DNA of 64,000 bases from a virus. The stretch is taken from the IMG/VR virus record IMGVR_UViG_3300025009_000051, positions 119,717 through 183,716 of that record; one strand, given 5' to 3'. Positions 37,219 through 47,730 of this stretch are shown piece after piece. The translations under genes were made by a program, and so were the position numbers. Under the pieces are notes generated by a model, which worked only from the letters and a program-made list of their open reading frames with translations, had not been told where the DNA came from and did not search any database. Within the stretch, counting starts at the first letter, position 1. Each line of letters starts with the position of its first letter.

Positions 37219-39240
37219 TTATTTGTAATTAATTAATTTTTTAAAATCATTTATTTCAATACAAATAATTCCCATTTTAGTAGCTTTAACTTCTTTTGAA
37301 CTTCCACTACCAATTTGTTTCATTATTAAATGTGTTACATTTTTATTTATTCCATCAGAAACAATTCCACCGTTTTCTACAATGAAATTTTCTAATCCTT
37401 TATCTCGAATTCCTGTAAAAACGGTATTATATGATTTTAATGAATCTGATAATATTTCTTGTTTCTTTTCTTCTTCTTTAAATTTTATATGTTTTAAAAT
37501 TGATTGTTCAAATTCGTCATATAATTTAATATTATCATAATAATCAAATGCTAATTCTGCACCTATTCCAGGAATTAATAAAAAATTATGATGAAATTGT
37601 GGATTATCTAAAATCAATTTTAATTGTTTACTTCCCAATTTTTTAAAACAAGAACTCGCGTGCATTAATTTAGCTTTATCACAATTTTGTAATTTAGAAT
37701 GAATGTTGGTATAAACAATTTCGGCTTTTCTTTCTCCAAATCTTTCTAACTTTAATAAATCCTCTTTAGTCAAATCTAATATTTTTTGAATTGAATTATA
37801 TCCATTTTCAATAAATAATTTTATTGTGGGTTCACCTAATTCATCTACAGATAAAATATTAAAGAATGCAAATATTTTTTGTATTACTTGTTCAAAACAA
37901 TTTGGATTTTTACAAACCAGATTTACATAATTATCATCCCAATCTAGATCTCCTCCACAAGCTGGACAATACATATTTAAAGATTTATCTTGACTCTCCA
38001 TTTCTCGAATTTCCATTAAATCTTCTTTGGCTTTTTGATACTCTTTTGAATTATTGAACATATACACAAATGGAATTGGATGATTATTAACTGCAATTAT
38101 TTTTGGAATAACTCCTCCACTTCTTATAATTGTGATTTTTTCTCCTTCGAATAATTTAAATTTATCAATATAACTTGCATTGTTTAATGTTACACTTGAA
38201 ATATTTACTCCTTCAATATTGACCGGTTTAATTTTTGCGACATAACTCATATCACCAAATTTACCTATTGATTCAAGTATTGATTTAATTTCTGTTTCTG
38301 CTCTTACTTCAAAATTACCTTTATATGCTCTTGCATAATTTGGATTCTGTGAGGATTTATTTCTTCCAATTTTAGCTCTTAATTCTTTATCATTTACTTC
38401 AATGACTAATCCATCAATTTCATAATCTGTCTTCCAATTATTATAAAGATTCAATAAAAATTCTTCATTAAGATCTTTAAAATAACTTAAACCATACGGT
38501 ACTTTATAAATATTAAGTGTATTACAATATTCAATTTGGACCGCTTTGTCTTCTTCTATTCCATTTATCACTGCTCCAAACATTATATAATCTGCATATT
38601 TTAATTCTTCTAGAATGTCATCTGCATTTATTAACCCAGAAACAGAATTTCGTGCATTTGAAGGTTCTTCTTTTCCTTTTTTGATTTGTTCTTGTTTAAA
38701 TATCTCAAAATTCTTTCTTGATATTATGCATTCTCCAATGAGATATACATCTTCTGTTTCTGATTTATTTAAGTTATGATTAATCAATTTAAAATGTTCC
38801 TTAGAATTTCTTCCATAATCTTTATCTCCTCTTGTCCATACATTCAGTATTTTCTTTTCGTTTAACAATGCAAGGCCATCTAATTTTGGAGAAATACAAA
38901 GTAAAGTATTTTCAGGAATGCCTTGAAGTCTCATCCAATTTTTTATTTCAATTAAAGATTTAACTTTAGTCATTGAAGCCATTACAATCGGAAGCTTTTC
39001 TTTTCTTGGATCATTATCATCCATTTCAAAACCAACTTTGTTTAATAAACTTGATTCAGGATAATTTTCTTCTAAATATTCCACGATTGTATCATAAACA
39101 AAATCAGAAACAATAGCGTTTGATAATCTATATTCCTGATTCATTTTTGATATTAACTCTTCCAATTCTTTTTGTGATAAAGAAGAAATAATATTTACTA
39201 TTTCGTCTTTTGTAGTGGTAATTTTTAATTTATTTATCAT
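37219..39240 (-). CDS. ligA: NAD-dependent DNA ligase
   Basis: [54 protein letters not shown] zinc finger, HhH, BRCT (VFTG..DK); start moved off the promoter to ATG 39240. Confidence 0.93.
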   Translation of the reverse strand: MINKLKITTTKDEIVNIISSLSQKELEELISKMNQEYRLSNAIVSDFVYDTIVEYLEENYPESSLLNKVGFEMDDNDPRKEKLPIVMASMTKVKSLIEIKNWMRLQGIPENTLLCISPKLDGLALLNEKKILNVWTRGDKDYGRNSKEHFKLINHNLNKSETEDVYLIGECIISRKNFEIFKQEQIKKGKEEPSNARNSVSGLINADDILEELKYADYIMFGAVINGIEEDKAVQIEYCNTLNIYKVPYGLSYFKDLNEEFLLNLYNNWKTDYEIDGLVIEVNDKELRAKIGRNKSSQNPNYARAYKGNFEVRAETEIKSILESIGKFGDMSYVAKIKPVNIEGVNISSVTLNNASYIDKFKLFEGEKITIIRSGGVIPKIIAVNNHPIPFVYMFNNSKEYQKAKEDLMEIREMESQDKSLNMYCPACGGDLDWDDNYVNLVCKNPNCFEQVIQKIFAFFNILSVDELGEPTIKLFIENGYNSIQKILDLTKEDLLKLERFGERKAEIVYTNIHSKLQNCDKAKLMHASSCFKKLGSKQLKLILDNPQFHHNFLLIPGIGAELAFDYYDNIKLYDEFEQSILKHIKFKEEEKKQEILSDSLKSYNTVFTGIRDKGLENFIVENGGIVSDGINKNVTHLIMKQIGSGSSKEVKATKMGIICIEINDFKKLINYK

Positions 39241-39261
39241 ATTCTTTTTATTTTCTATATA

Positions 39262-39293
39262 CAAATATACAGTTATTAAATGAAGTAAACAAA
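39262..39293 (-). promoter_or_regulatory. Bacteroidota sigma-type promoter TTTG-N20-TATATTTG
   Basis: Both boxes present, 20-nt spacer. Confidence 0.7.
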
Positions 39294-39330
39294 TTTATTT
39301 TAATTCAAATTTTTCTTTTTTAATACTTAA

Positions 39331-39501
39331 ATTCCAAGTGAAGAAGGATATATTTTAGATGGACATCATAGAATGGGGCAAGCTATTTTAGCTAATCCAA
39401 AATTAAAAATAAATTCTTTATGGATTCCTTTAGATATAGAAACTTTAATACTTATTGGAAGAACATATGGAAACGCAATTGGAAATGAACAAAGAAAATA
39501 A
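39331..39501 (+). pseudogene. 5'-truncated ParB/Sulfiredoxin-like nuclease domain remnant
   Basis: Manual translation *IPSEEGYILDGHHRMGQAILANPKLKINSLWIPLDIETLILIGRTYGNAIGNEQRK*; no ATG upstream of the DGHHR motif. Confidence 0.6.
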
Positions 39502-39502
39502 A

Positions 39503-39952
39503 TTAAAAATTGAATAATCTTAAAGTTCCTTCATTTGCTTGTCTACAATGATTAATTACCTGTTTACATTGTTCAACATTAAAGAAACCTATATGACATT
39601 CTTCTATAGGAATATTCATTTTTTCTGATAACCATTTATAAGTTTCATTTCTAATAGTATTCTTTTTTTCTAAAGGATTTTTATCTAACTTTTTCTGCCA
39701 AATAGGATCAAAATAAAAATGAGCTCTTTTCTTCCAATATCTTAAATTTTTATTTGCCATTCTACCTAAAGGATAATTTGTTCCTTTATGCACTCCAACA
39801 GAAGCATCACATAATGGATAATTATTGCATAGATACATCATCCCATAAGATTTTCTGAATATCTTGATACTATCTATATAAATTACAGAAGAACCACAAT
39901 ATGGACAAGATTCTACAAATTTTAAATTATTTTTGTGAACTTCTAAATTCAT
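39503..39952 (-). CDS. DUF3268-family zinc-finger protein
   Basis: CPYCG...MYLCNNYPLCDASVGVHKGT..PLGRMAN..LR...AHFYFDPIW...CHIGFF. Confidence 0.8.
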   Translation of the reverse strand: MNLEVHKNNLKFVESCPYCGSSVIYIDSIKIFRKSYGMMYLCNNYPLCDASVGVHKGTNYPLGRMANKNLRYWKKRAHFYFDPIWQKKLDKNPLEKKNTIRNETYKWLSEKMNIPIEECHIGFFNVEQCKQVINHCRQANEGTLRLFNF

Positions 39953-40134
39953 CCCCCTTCAGAGTTAATAAACTTGTATAATTCAATTAATAATAAAGCT
40001 GCTTCTGGTTTGTTAAGAACCATTTTACCTTTTAAATTAATTAAATTATGAATAATTAATTTTTCTTCTCCATTTGGACAATAATTACTTATACTGACAA
40101 TGGGGGCTTCTATATATTTTATTTGCTGACTCAT
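39949..40134 (-). CDS. Hypothetical protein
   Basis: ORF track. Confidence 0.5.
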   Translation of the reverse strand: MSQQIKYIEAPIVSISNYCPNGEEKLIIHNLINLKGKMVLNKPEAALLLIELYKFINSEGG

Positions 40135-40336
40135 ATTTAATATTTTATCGGGTTACTATTTTATCTATATCTTTATTTAAAACATTTTTGATAAATTCCC
40201 AAGCCTGCATGACATCTCTATCAAAGCAAGTTTCTTTATCTTTAGATTTTAAATATTTTACTGCATTCCTTAAAGCATCCTCAATATGCTTTGCTTGAAA
40301 TTCATAAATTTTTAATTCTTCCATTATTTTATTGTT

Positions 40337-40543
40337 TTATGGTAGGCGATTATAATATTCTAATGCTGGATAAGGTTGAACTCCTCTCCAAACAATTTCT
40401 AATTCATCTGCTTCAATATCTTTTGTTAAAACTTCTAGATTACCATTTAAGCAAACTTGCAATATTTTAGTATCTGTTTGCGCAAAAATTACTCTATGAT
40501 TTCCTAAGAAATTTTGTAAACTTTGAATATCGATCTTGTTCAT
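40337..40543 (-). CDS. Hypothetical protein
   Basis: ORF track. Confidence 0.55.
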   Translation of the reverse strand: MNKIDIQSLQNFLGNHRVIFAQTDTKILQVCLNGNLEVLTKDIEADELEIVWRGVQPYPALEYYNRLP

Positions 40544-40555
40544 ATGTTTTAAATT

Positions 40556-40753
40556 TTATAATACAAAAAATTGATTCTTATTGTCGTTATTCTTTTCTTT
40601 TTCTTTGGCTAATTCTTTATTTGCTAAGAATAATTCTTCTTGAGAAGTAGCTAAGGTAAACACACTATTTTGTCTGTCTTCTTCTGATTTGTAGATATAA
40701 AAGGATCTTTGTTCTACAAATATTAATCCATTTATTTTTTCTTTTATTATCAT
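40556..40753 (-). CDS. Hypothetical protein
   Basis: ORF track. Confidence 0.55.
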   Translation of the reverse strand: MIIKEKINGLIFVEQRSFYIYKSEEDRQNSVFTLATSQEELFLANKELAKEKEKNNDNKNQFFVL

Positions 40754-40895
40754 TTCTTTTATTTTGAATGTTTGCGTTCATATGCTTTCAATCTGTTCTC
40801 TCTCTTAATCTCATACATCCATTGTAGCACCTGAGTAACAGTTACAAATTCATAATTTTGAGATTGCAATTCTTTTAATCTTTTTTCAAGTTCTT

Positions 40896-41180
40896 TCATG
40901 ATTCAATAATTTTTTGTATTTTTTTAACTTCTTTATTTCCATGAATTTGTTTTACCAATTCTAACATTTCGTCATAAGACATAGTAAATTGATAATATGG
41001 TTTTGTATTATTATTTAACGCAGAAATAACTTTTTTAACTTGTTCTTCTATTTCTTTTCTTGATTCGGCTACCAACTCTTCAATAATATCATTTTCATTC
41101 ATGTTATAATGAGTAATTGAATCGACCACACTGCTGAATATACAAAACTTACCATTAGGTTGTTTAATAATTTGTCTCAT
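40896..41180 (-). CDS. Phage hypothetical protein
   Basis: IIKQPNGKFCIFSSVVDSITHYNM motif. Confidence 0.65.
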   Translation of the reverse strand: MRQIIKQPNGKFCIFSSVVDSITHYNMNENDIIEELVAESRKEIEEQVKKVISALNNNTKPYYQFTMSYDEMLELVKQIHGNKEVKKIQKIIES

Positions 41181-41185
41181 AAAAT

Positions 41186-41428
41186 CTATATTTTAGTTTC
41201 TTCTTCATATTCGCTCCAATCTTCGCAGTCTTGGCACTTTTTACCTGAGCCAAACCAAACGCAAGTGTTGCAATGTTTTGGATTAATACAATTCAAGTAT
41301 TTGTCTGAACATAAATACTTGTCTACATATTCATCCAATGCTAAACTTTTTGTATTATAATTTTCATCCCAAAAATGTTGAAGAAAATTGATTAAGGTTT
41401 GTCTTACATTTATATTTTCTGATTCCAT
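41186..41428 (-). CDS. Hypothetical protein with a CxxC..CxxC cluster
   Basis: HCNTC...KCQDC. Confidence 0.6.
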   Translation of the reverse strand: MESENINVRQTLINFLQHFWDENYNTKSLALDEYVDKYLCSDKYLNCINPKHCNTCVWFGSGKKCQDCEDWSEYEEETKI

Positions 41429-41439
41429 AATCTTTTATT

Positions 41440-41769
41440 TTAAATTTTCCAATTAATATTTCTTTTTTCCAATAATCTTCTTGCGGCTTGAACACTTTCA
41501 TTATCATTGTGTCCATTTGCTATGTTAATTAATGTTTCTATTCTTGTAGGAGGTCTTATTTCTCCTTTTTCTACCTTCTGTTGATATTCTTCTCTTAATT
41601 TTTGTCTTAATTCGCATAACTTTTGATCTTTTTTTAATTGTGCATTTACTAATTTTGACCATTGTTTGTCTGAATTATTTCCTTTATTTTTATGTAATGC
41701 ACTATCTCCTATGTCTTGTCGACTTGCTCCATTGATAGAAAGATATGTTTCTTCATCTATAACCAACAT
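41440..41769 (-). CDS. Phage hypothetical protein
   Basis: 109-aa ORF. Confidence 0.65.
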   Translation of the reverse strand: MLVIDEETYLSINGASRQDIGDSALHKNKGNNSDKQWSKLVNAQLKKDQKLCELRQKLREEYQQKVEKGEIRPPTRIETLINIANGHNDNESVQAARRLLEKRNINWKI

Positions 41770-41784
41770 ACTCAGTGTCTACTT

Positions 41785-42102
41785 TTAAATATGATATTTA
41801 TTCAAACCTAACTCAGCATTTAATCCCCATTGTATTTCTGTATTTGGATCCATAATTTGATCAAACACCTTATTAATAAACAATTGAGAAAATACTTTTC
41901 TTGAAAACACTCGCGATCCAGAACCAACCTTTACTGCATCTAAACAAACTTGTTCACCTTTAATATCAACAATTCTGTAAACTACTGCATTTGAAGTTCT
42001 AAAATATTGACCTATTTGTAGTTGACTCATTATCCGTTCAACTTTTGGCAATTCCAAATTCTTCATTAAACTAATCTTGTTTTCGTAATCAATTGTTTTC
42101 AT
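41785..42102 (-). CDS. Hypothetical protein
   Basis: First gene after an early promoter. Confidence 0.65.
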   Translation of the reverse strand: MKTIDYENKISLMKNLELPKVERIMSQLQIGQYFRTSNAVVYRIVDIKGEQVCLDAVKVGSGSRVFSRKVFSQLFINKVFDQIMDPNTEIQWGLNAELGLNKYHI

Positions 42103-42141
42103 ATTTTGAATTTTTTATGTTTATATTTAATAACTATAAAA

Positions 42142-42173
42142 CAAATATAAAGATTTTTTTTGATATAAACAAA
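42142..42173 (-). promoter_or_regulatory. Bacteroidota sigma-type promoter TTTG-N20-TATATTTG
   Basis: Both boxes present; shares the TTTGTTTATATCAAAAAA upstream block with 24284-24301 and 27856-27874. Confidence 0.7.
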
Positions 42174-42190
42174 TCTTTTATATTATATTT

Positions 42191-43375
42191 TTAATGAGAT
42201 TTAAAATTAAATACTGGTTTCAAAGTATCGATTATTTCTACCGTATCCACAATTGCATTTTTTATTTCTTCAATTGATTTATATGCTTGAGGAGCTTCAT
42301 CTAAGGTTGATCTGACTACTGAAGTAGAATACACATTTTTCATTAATTTTTTGAATTCATTCATATCAATTAATTCTTTAGCTTTACTTCTGCTCATCAA
42401 TCTACCGGCACCGTGAGGAGCAGAATAATTCCAATTTTCATTTCCTTTACCTTTACATATTAAAGATCCGTCACTCATATTAATTGGTATCAATAATTGT
42501 TCACCTAATTCAGCACTAACTGCTCCCTTTCTTAATATCATTCTGCTGAAATCAATATAATTGTGAATTGTTTCAAATTTATGCTTAAAATTAAAATTCA
42601 TTTCTCTTTCAATTATCTTGGCCATTGTTAATCTATTTAACATTGCATATTCTTGGACAATTTTCATATCATTTAAATAATCATTGAAATCTGTACCAAT
42701 TAAAAATGCTAATTCTTTATCTGCTGAAGGTTTTTGAATTTTCTTTAATTCTGAATCTATATCTTTTGATCTTCCTTCTGCTTTTAATTTTTTTATTAAA
42801 TTTTCTTTTATCTTTCCCATTTCATTTAAATTCTGAAATGCTTTATCTTGATAATATTTGCATACATCTTGACCTAACTTTCTACTTCCAGAATGGATAA
42901 TTAAATAATTATCTCCTGTTAATTCTGATCTACCTATCTCGATGAAATGATTGCCGCCCCCCAAGCTTCCAATGGATAACATTGCTCTTCCTATATCAAC
43001 ATGCTTAGCACATTTTAATTTAGAAAAATCAAATTTTACTTGAGAGTCATGATGAATGTTAAATCCATGTGGAACTTTTTCTTTAATTACTCTATCAAGA
43101 TTTTCAAAATTAATATCTTTATTTTTTAATTGAATTGTTAAAAGACCACACCCAATATCCACTCCAACTAAATTAGGAGTAATTTTATCTGCTACTGGCA
43201 TTGTAGTTCCAACAGTGCAACCTTTACCCGCATGCCCATCTGGCATTATTCTTATTTTAGAATTTTGATAAGGTGCATAATTGCATAACTTTTTTATTTG
43301 CTCGAAAGCTTCATTTTCAAAAGTTTCAGCAAAAATTATTGTTTCAACTCCAAGATTATTCTTAATTATTTTCAT
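42191..43375 (-). CDS. rtcB: RtcB-family RNA ligase
   Basis: MPDGHAG, GVDIGCG, GSLGGGNHFIE, IHSGSR, HNYID, RKGA, HGAGR, DEAPQAYK. Confidence 0.93.
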   Translation of the reverse strand: MKIIKNNLGVETIIFAETFENEAFEQIKKLCNYAPYQNSKIRIMPDGHAGKGCTVGTTMPVADKITPNLVGVDIGCGLLTIQLKNKDINFENLDRVIKEKVPHGFNIHHDSQVKFDFSKLKCAKHVDIGRAMLSIGSLGGGNHFIEIGRSELTGDNYLIIHSGSRKLGQDVCKYYQDKAFQNLNEMGKIKENLIKKLKAEGRSKDIDSELKKIQKPSADKELAFLIGTDFNDYLNDMKIVQEYAMLNRLTMAKIIEREMNFNFKHKFETIHNYIDFSRMILRKGAVSAELGEQLLIPINMSDGSLICKGKGNENWNYSAPHGAGRLMSRSKAKELIDMNEFKKLMKNVYSTSVVRSTLDEAPQAYKSIEEIKNAIVDTVEIIDTLKPVFNFKSH

Positions 43376-43406
43376 TTTCCTATATTTAATAATATATATC
43401 TAACTA

Positions 43407-43438
43407 CAAATGTAAAAAATTAAAAGAAATAAAACAAA
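43407..43438 (-). promoter_or_regulatory. Bacteroidota sigma-type promoter TTTG-N20-TACATTTG
   Basis: Both boxes present, 20-nt spacer. Confidence 0.65.
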
Positions 43439-43466
43439 TAAAATTCACATATTTTTTTTATTTTTT

Positions 43467-43475
43467 TATATTTAT
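43467..43475 (+). promoter_or_regulatory. Putative late promoter TATATTTAT
   Basis: 30 nt upstream of the tail tube ATG. Confidence 0.6.
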
Positions 43476-43505
43476 TATAAAAAATAACTTTTAAAAAATA
43501 CAAAC

Positions 43506-44000
43506 ATGGCAGAATTCATAGATCCTCAAGAATTAATGTACACCAGCTTCGAACCTATGTTGAAACATAGATTTAGAATGGAAATCGATGGGATACCAAC
43601 ATATATGATAAAAAAAGTAGATAAACCTCAAGCTACTTCTACTGAAGTTGAGATTCCTCATATAAATGTTTCAAGTTTTGTTAAAGGCAAGACTAAATGG
43701 TCAAGCGAAACAACTTTAGAGCTATACAATCCAATTTCACCCAGTGGAACTGCAATAGTAATGGAATGGTTTAGAATGCATCATGAATCTGTAACAGGTA
43801 GAGATGGTTACTTTGACATGTACGCTAAAGATGTGACAGTAGAAGTACTCGGACCAGTTGGAGATATTGTTGAAAGTTGGACATATAAAGGTGCTTGGAT
43901 AAAATCTATGGAATTTGGTGATTTAGATTGGGGCACAGAAGCAGACCAAACTATGATTACTTTAACCTTGCAATATAATTTCCCCGTGTTTAATTATTAA
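43506..44000 (+). CDS. Tail tube protein (T4 gp19-like)
   Basis: FEPMLKHRF...VEIPHIN...KGKTKW...LGPVGDIVESWTYKGAWI...ITLTLQYN. Confidence 0.85.
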   Translation: MAEFIDPQELMYTSFEPMLKHRFRMEIDGIPTYMIKKVDKPQATSTEVEIPHINVSSFVKGKTKWSSETTLELYNPISPSGTAIVMEWFRMHHESVTGRDGYFDMYAKDVTVEVLGPVGDIVESWTYKGAWIKSMEFGDLDWGTEADQTMITLTLQYNFPVFNY

Positions 44001-44026
44001 AATTCAATTACTTAAATAACATAATG

Positions 44027-44052
44027 AACTCACAATAAAATGTGAGTTTTTT
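44027..44052 (+). terminator. Intrinsic terminator after the tail tube gene
   Basis: AACTCACA-ATAAAA-TGTGAGTT followed by a T run. Confidence 0.7.
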
Positions 44053-46130
44053 CATATCTTACAAATTACTTCATATTTTTGATTCGATTTTTTATTGAAG
44101 TGTGAAGTATTGTTTAAGATTTTAAATTCTTCTTTCAACTCTAATTTGTTCATTAAATCAGAACTCATATTTAGGTAGACATTATTGAAAGAATAAAACT
44201 TCTTAATAAATGTTTCTTGCCATTCTTCAAAAGATTCATATTTGATATTATCTGAATAAATTTCTGTTTCAAAGAATGGGATTGAAGTGAACACCAAATT
44301 ATACTCCTTTTCATATCGAAAATCTTCAAATTTACAATTATAAAGTTGAATTTGATTTTCATTTAATTTTAATTCTTCAATCAAATTTAATCTTAATTCT
44401 AATAATTCTTGAAAGGTGTCTTTATTGGGTTCAATTCCAATATATGTTCCTTCAGGATATTTTGACATAAAACCAAGCAATCTGCCACCAAATCCTGCAC
44501 ATGGATCAATAACAATTGGATTTATTTTATCTTTCAATAATTCTTGATAAATACTCGCTGCAAGCAAAGGTTTGAAGAATGAAATGGTAATTCTTCGAGC
44601 TGATAGGCCTCGAATTAATTGATGCAAGCTAAAATCAAATATCTCATTCGAATCATTGCAACCAATTCTATATTTTATCACATCTTGTAGAAGAGTATTT
44701 TCATACCAAGCTTGAACTGGAGTTAAATTTCCAGAATAAGAAGAATTCCAATAAGATTTAAAATTTGATTTTAGATAATTATTTCCAATTGGAGAGATAT
44801 TATTTCTAAAAATTTTATCTTTATAGATTCTGTTTAAGTCATAATTTTGAATTGTGGCAATAACTTCAGATAATTTTTCAGTCTGCTCAAGATAAGGAAA
44901 TTCTGGTTGAAAGGTTCTAATAAATTTGAATAGAAGAGGAATATATCTTATTAATTTATCTTTTCCTTTTTTATCAATATATCGTTTAAAGTATTCTTTA
45001 GAAATTATTTTCTGATAATAAGAAATTGAATAATCAGGCCGATAAGAATTTAATTGTAATGTTTCTTCATTTATTTCGGCTTTTAATTGTTCTGCTCTTA
45101 TTCTATATAAACTATAATTTGATTGTTCTATTATTTTAGTTTTTTCAAAATCATTTATAGCAGAATTAATTTGAATTATTGATAAATTTTCAAGTTTATT
45201 TGGATGATAAAATATGCCATCTATTTCATATATGTTGTCATTTATTTTTATATCAAATTCTTTATTTTCATATATAAAACTTCCAGTTGCATGCTCTAAA
45301 TTATTTAATATATTCATTTCATCTTTAGAAGGTATTATTCGAAAAGATTGTTTTTTCTTTTTTTGAGTAGTTTCTTTAATTTTTTTTACCAATAAAGATT
45401 TTCTTTTAAACCAATCATTTGAATGTAAATAATTTTCTGCATCATATCTTTCTAAACAAGTTTCTTTATATTTTAACCTATTGTTAAAATCTTTGTTACC
45501 GTATTTTTCTTTTTTTGTGTTTTTACTTTTTTCTTTAACATCTGTTCTTTGAAAACTATACTCTACATCATATAATTCTAAATTTTTTCTTTTTTGCTCT
45601 TCTTTAAATAGTTTTGTTTTAAATATATTATCTTCTCCATATTTTTCTTCAATTGTTTCTTTCATTTTATTCCACATATTCACATCTAATCTAGAACATT
45701 CCTTAGAACAATATTTCTTTGGACTATTTATTTTAACTTTAAATTCTGACTTACAATTTGGACAAATTCTAATTTCTGTTTTTATTTCTTTTGTTCTATA
45801 TTCATATTGGCATTTAGGAGAACAAAATTTAATTTTAGAATTTATTTTAACTTCTAATTCTTTATTGCAATTTTTGCAATTGATTGTTTTTCTTGGTATT
45901 TTTGTTTGTAATTTATTTGAATGAAATTGAACATATTCAGAAAATCCTTTATTTAAATTTATCCAAGAAGTTTGTTGACCACATCCACATTTACATAAAG
46001 GAATGATTCCGTTATAATCATATTTTAGGCTATAATCATAAGAAGGCATTTTATGAATAAATCTTATATGAGAAGACAATTTTCCAGAAGTGGAAAAAGA
46101 TTCATTACATATTTTACAAGTATGATTCAT
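44052..46130 (-). CDS. Multi-zinc-finger / KYG-repeat / PD-(D/E)XK-like nuclease fused to a C-terminal SAM-dependent DNA methyltransferase-like domain
   Basis: C2H2 (CKIC..HIRFIH), CKCGCG, two CxxC..FCSxxC units, EKYG repeats, FDIKI..IYEIDGIFYH, then IDPCAGFGGRLLG, YIGIEPN, FTSIPFF; ATG at 46130. Confidence 0.75.
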   Translation of the reverse strand: MNHTCKICNESFSTSGKLSSHIRFIHKMPSYDYSLKYDYNGIIPLCKCGCGQQTSWINLNKGFSEYVQFHSNKLQTKIPRKTINCKNCNKELEVKINSKIKFCSPKCQYEYRTKEIKTEIRICPNCKSEFKVKINSPKKYCSKECSRLDVNMWNKMKETIEEKYGEDNIFKTKLFKEEQKRKNLELYDVEYSFQRTDVKEKSKNTKKEKYGNKDFNNRLKYKETCLERYDAENYLHSNDWFKRKSLLVKKIKETTQKKKKQSFRIIPSKDEMNILNNLEHATGSFIYENKEFDIKINDNIYEIDGIFYHPNKLENLSIIQINSAINDFEKTKIIEQSNYSLYRIRAEQLKAEINEETLQLNSYRPDYSISYYQKIISKEYFKRYIDKKGKDKLIRYIPLLFKFIRTFQPEFPYLEQTEKLSEVIATIQNYDLNRIYKDKIFRNNISPIGNNYLKSNFKSYWNSSYSGNLTPVQAWYENTLLQDVIKYRIGCNDSNEIFDFSLHQLIRGLSARRITISFFKPLLAASIYQELLKDKINPIVIDPCAGFGGRLLGFMSKYPEGTYIGIEPNKDTFQELLELRLNLIEELKLNENQIQLYNCKFEDFRYEKEYNLVFTSIPFFETEIYSDNIKYESFEEWQETFIKKFYSFNNVYLNMSSDLMNKLELKEEFKILNNTSHFNKKSNQKYEVICKI

Positions 46131-46315
46131 ATAGAAAATATACAAAAATTAATTTCTAAAAACAAAAATCATTTTATATCTTCGTATTCAATTATTATTT
46201 TTGGAATATAATCTTTTGGTAATTTATTAATTATTCCTCTGATAAGAAAAAGATTTAGTTCTCATCATAGATAAAATAATATCATCTGATTTTATTTGTT
46301 CTAAAAATAAAAAAA

Positions 46316-47650
46316 TCATATAAAAGAGTATAAATCTATATAACTCTTTCTGCTATGATTTAATCTGAAAACACTCGCTTCATGCATTTTAATTGCATCT
46401 TCGAGTGAAACTCGATATTTAAATTTCAAGTTTTTTACAAACAAAAATAATTTTTTCCAATCTTCAATCCATTTAATCCCCATTTCCTTCCATTGGTGTT
46501 GAATTGAACTTTTTAGATTAAAGACTGGATAGAAACCATTTTTGTTTTTCTTTACCTTCCATTCATAGCCCCTTCGGGCTATCTCTATGCTTGCATTTAC
46601 TGAATCTGTGAAATCATGTTGAAGATTTCCAATGAAAGATGAATATGCAGGATTGACTGAATGAAGGTTGATTTGATATATATTTAATCTCTTTTTAAGA
46701 TTTCGAGTGAATAATTCTCTCTTCCACAAATTTCTATTCTTCCTATTTCCAAGATGATTATATTTTTGATCTGAACTTAATTTCATCTTGAATTTCAGGT
46801 CTTCTATAAAGACATTCTTGCATTGAAAATGCTTCGCAAGAATTGAAATTGATTTTGAGATTTGAATTGTTTCGAATTTTAATTTATTTTGGAAATATTT
46901 CATCTTTGATGAATTTGAACTCGAGGCTGAATCTAAAATTTTATTAAAGATAGGTCGAAGAGAATATTCTTGAGTATGAATAACTCTTCCATCTTCAAGG
47001 ATTGAAATTCCGATGTTATCGGGATTCAGATCGATTCCAATATATCTTTCATTCTTCAAATCTAAATTCTCTTCATCTTTAAATTCTTCGAAGGAAATAT
47101 AAATTTCTTTCTCTGTCAATCTGACAGAATAAGTATAACCTTCATTTTCATTTAACATTTCTAATCTTTCCAACACCTTCTTATAATTATTTCTTAGATT
47201 TGGAAGATTCAGTTCAAATCTATATTTTAGATTTAATTTGAAAATTATTTGATTATTTTCAATAATATCTAAAATGAATTGGCGGTTCCCGCCTTTTAAT
47301 TTTTCACCTTGAATATTCAAAGGAAGCAATCTCTTTTCTTTCAATTCTTCTTTTGTCATCTTTCCTTTCATTCTTTCAATAAAATTCTTCTTACCACCAA
47401 AAACAATTTTCTTCTCTTTAAATCTTAAATGAAGCTGATTAGCTTCCATAATTGCACATTGTTGCAACCAACTATTTGAATTTTCAATTCCTTTCAATTC
47501 TTTCAGACTATGCCTGATATTTGTCTGCTTCATCTTCTCTTGATATCTATTAAAAGCATATCTTACAATCAATGAATATTCACGACGAAGCTCTTTCAGC
47601 TTCTCATAAAATCTTTCATTTGCTGTGTATGGAATTTTAATAGTTATCAT
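46316..47650 (-). mobile_element. tnpB: Solo TnpB-like RuvC nuclease (IS200/IS605/IS607 accessory protein), no tnpA nearby
   Basis: IGIDLNP (RuvC-I), VFIEDL (RuvC-II), VNPAYSSFIG...TDSVNASIEIARRG (RuvC-III). Confidence 0.8.
46323..46415 (-). ncRNA. Candidate omega-RNA scaffold / right-end hairpins overlapping the tnpB 3' end
   Basis: Three hairpins: 46401-46415 (TCGAGT/ACTCGA), 46382-46398 (ATGCA/TGCAT), 46323-46349 (about 10 bp with one bulge). Confidence 0.4.
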
Positions 47651-47730
47651 TCTTTTTAATATTCTTTATTAATAAGTATAAAAAATAAAAAAAGAACCTA
47701 ATTTTTTCAAAATCCCAAATTGGTATAAAT

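Noticed and set aside
46146-46315. Mini-CRISPR array making the RuvC protein a Cas12f/Cas14
   Set aside because: No direct repeats on either side; the region reads like a degraded ORF
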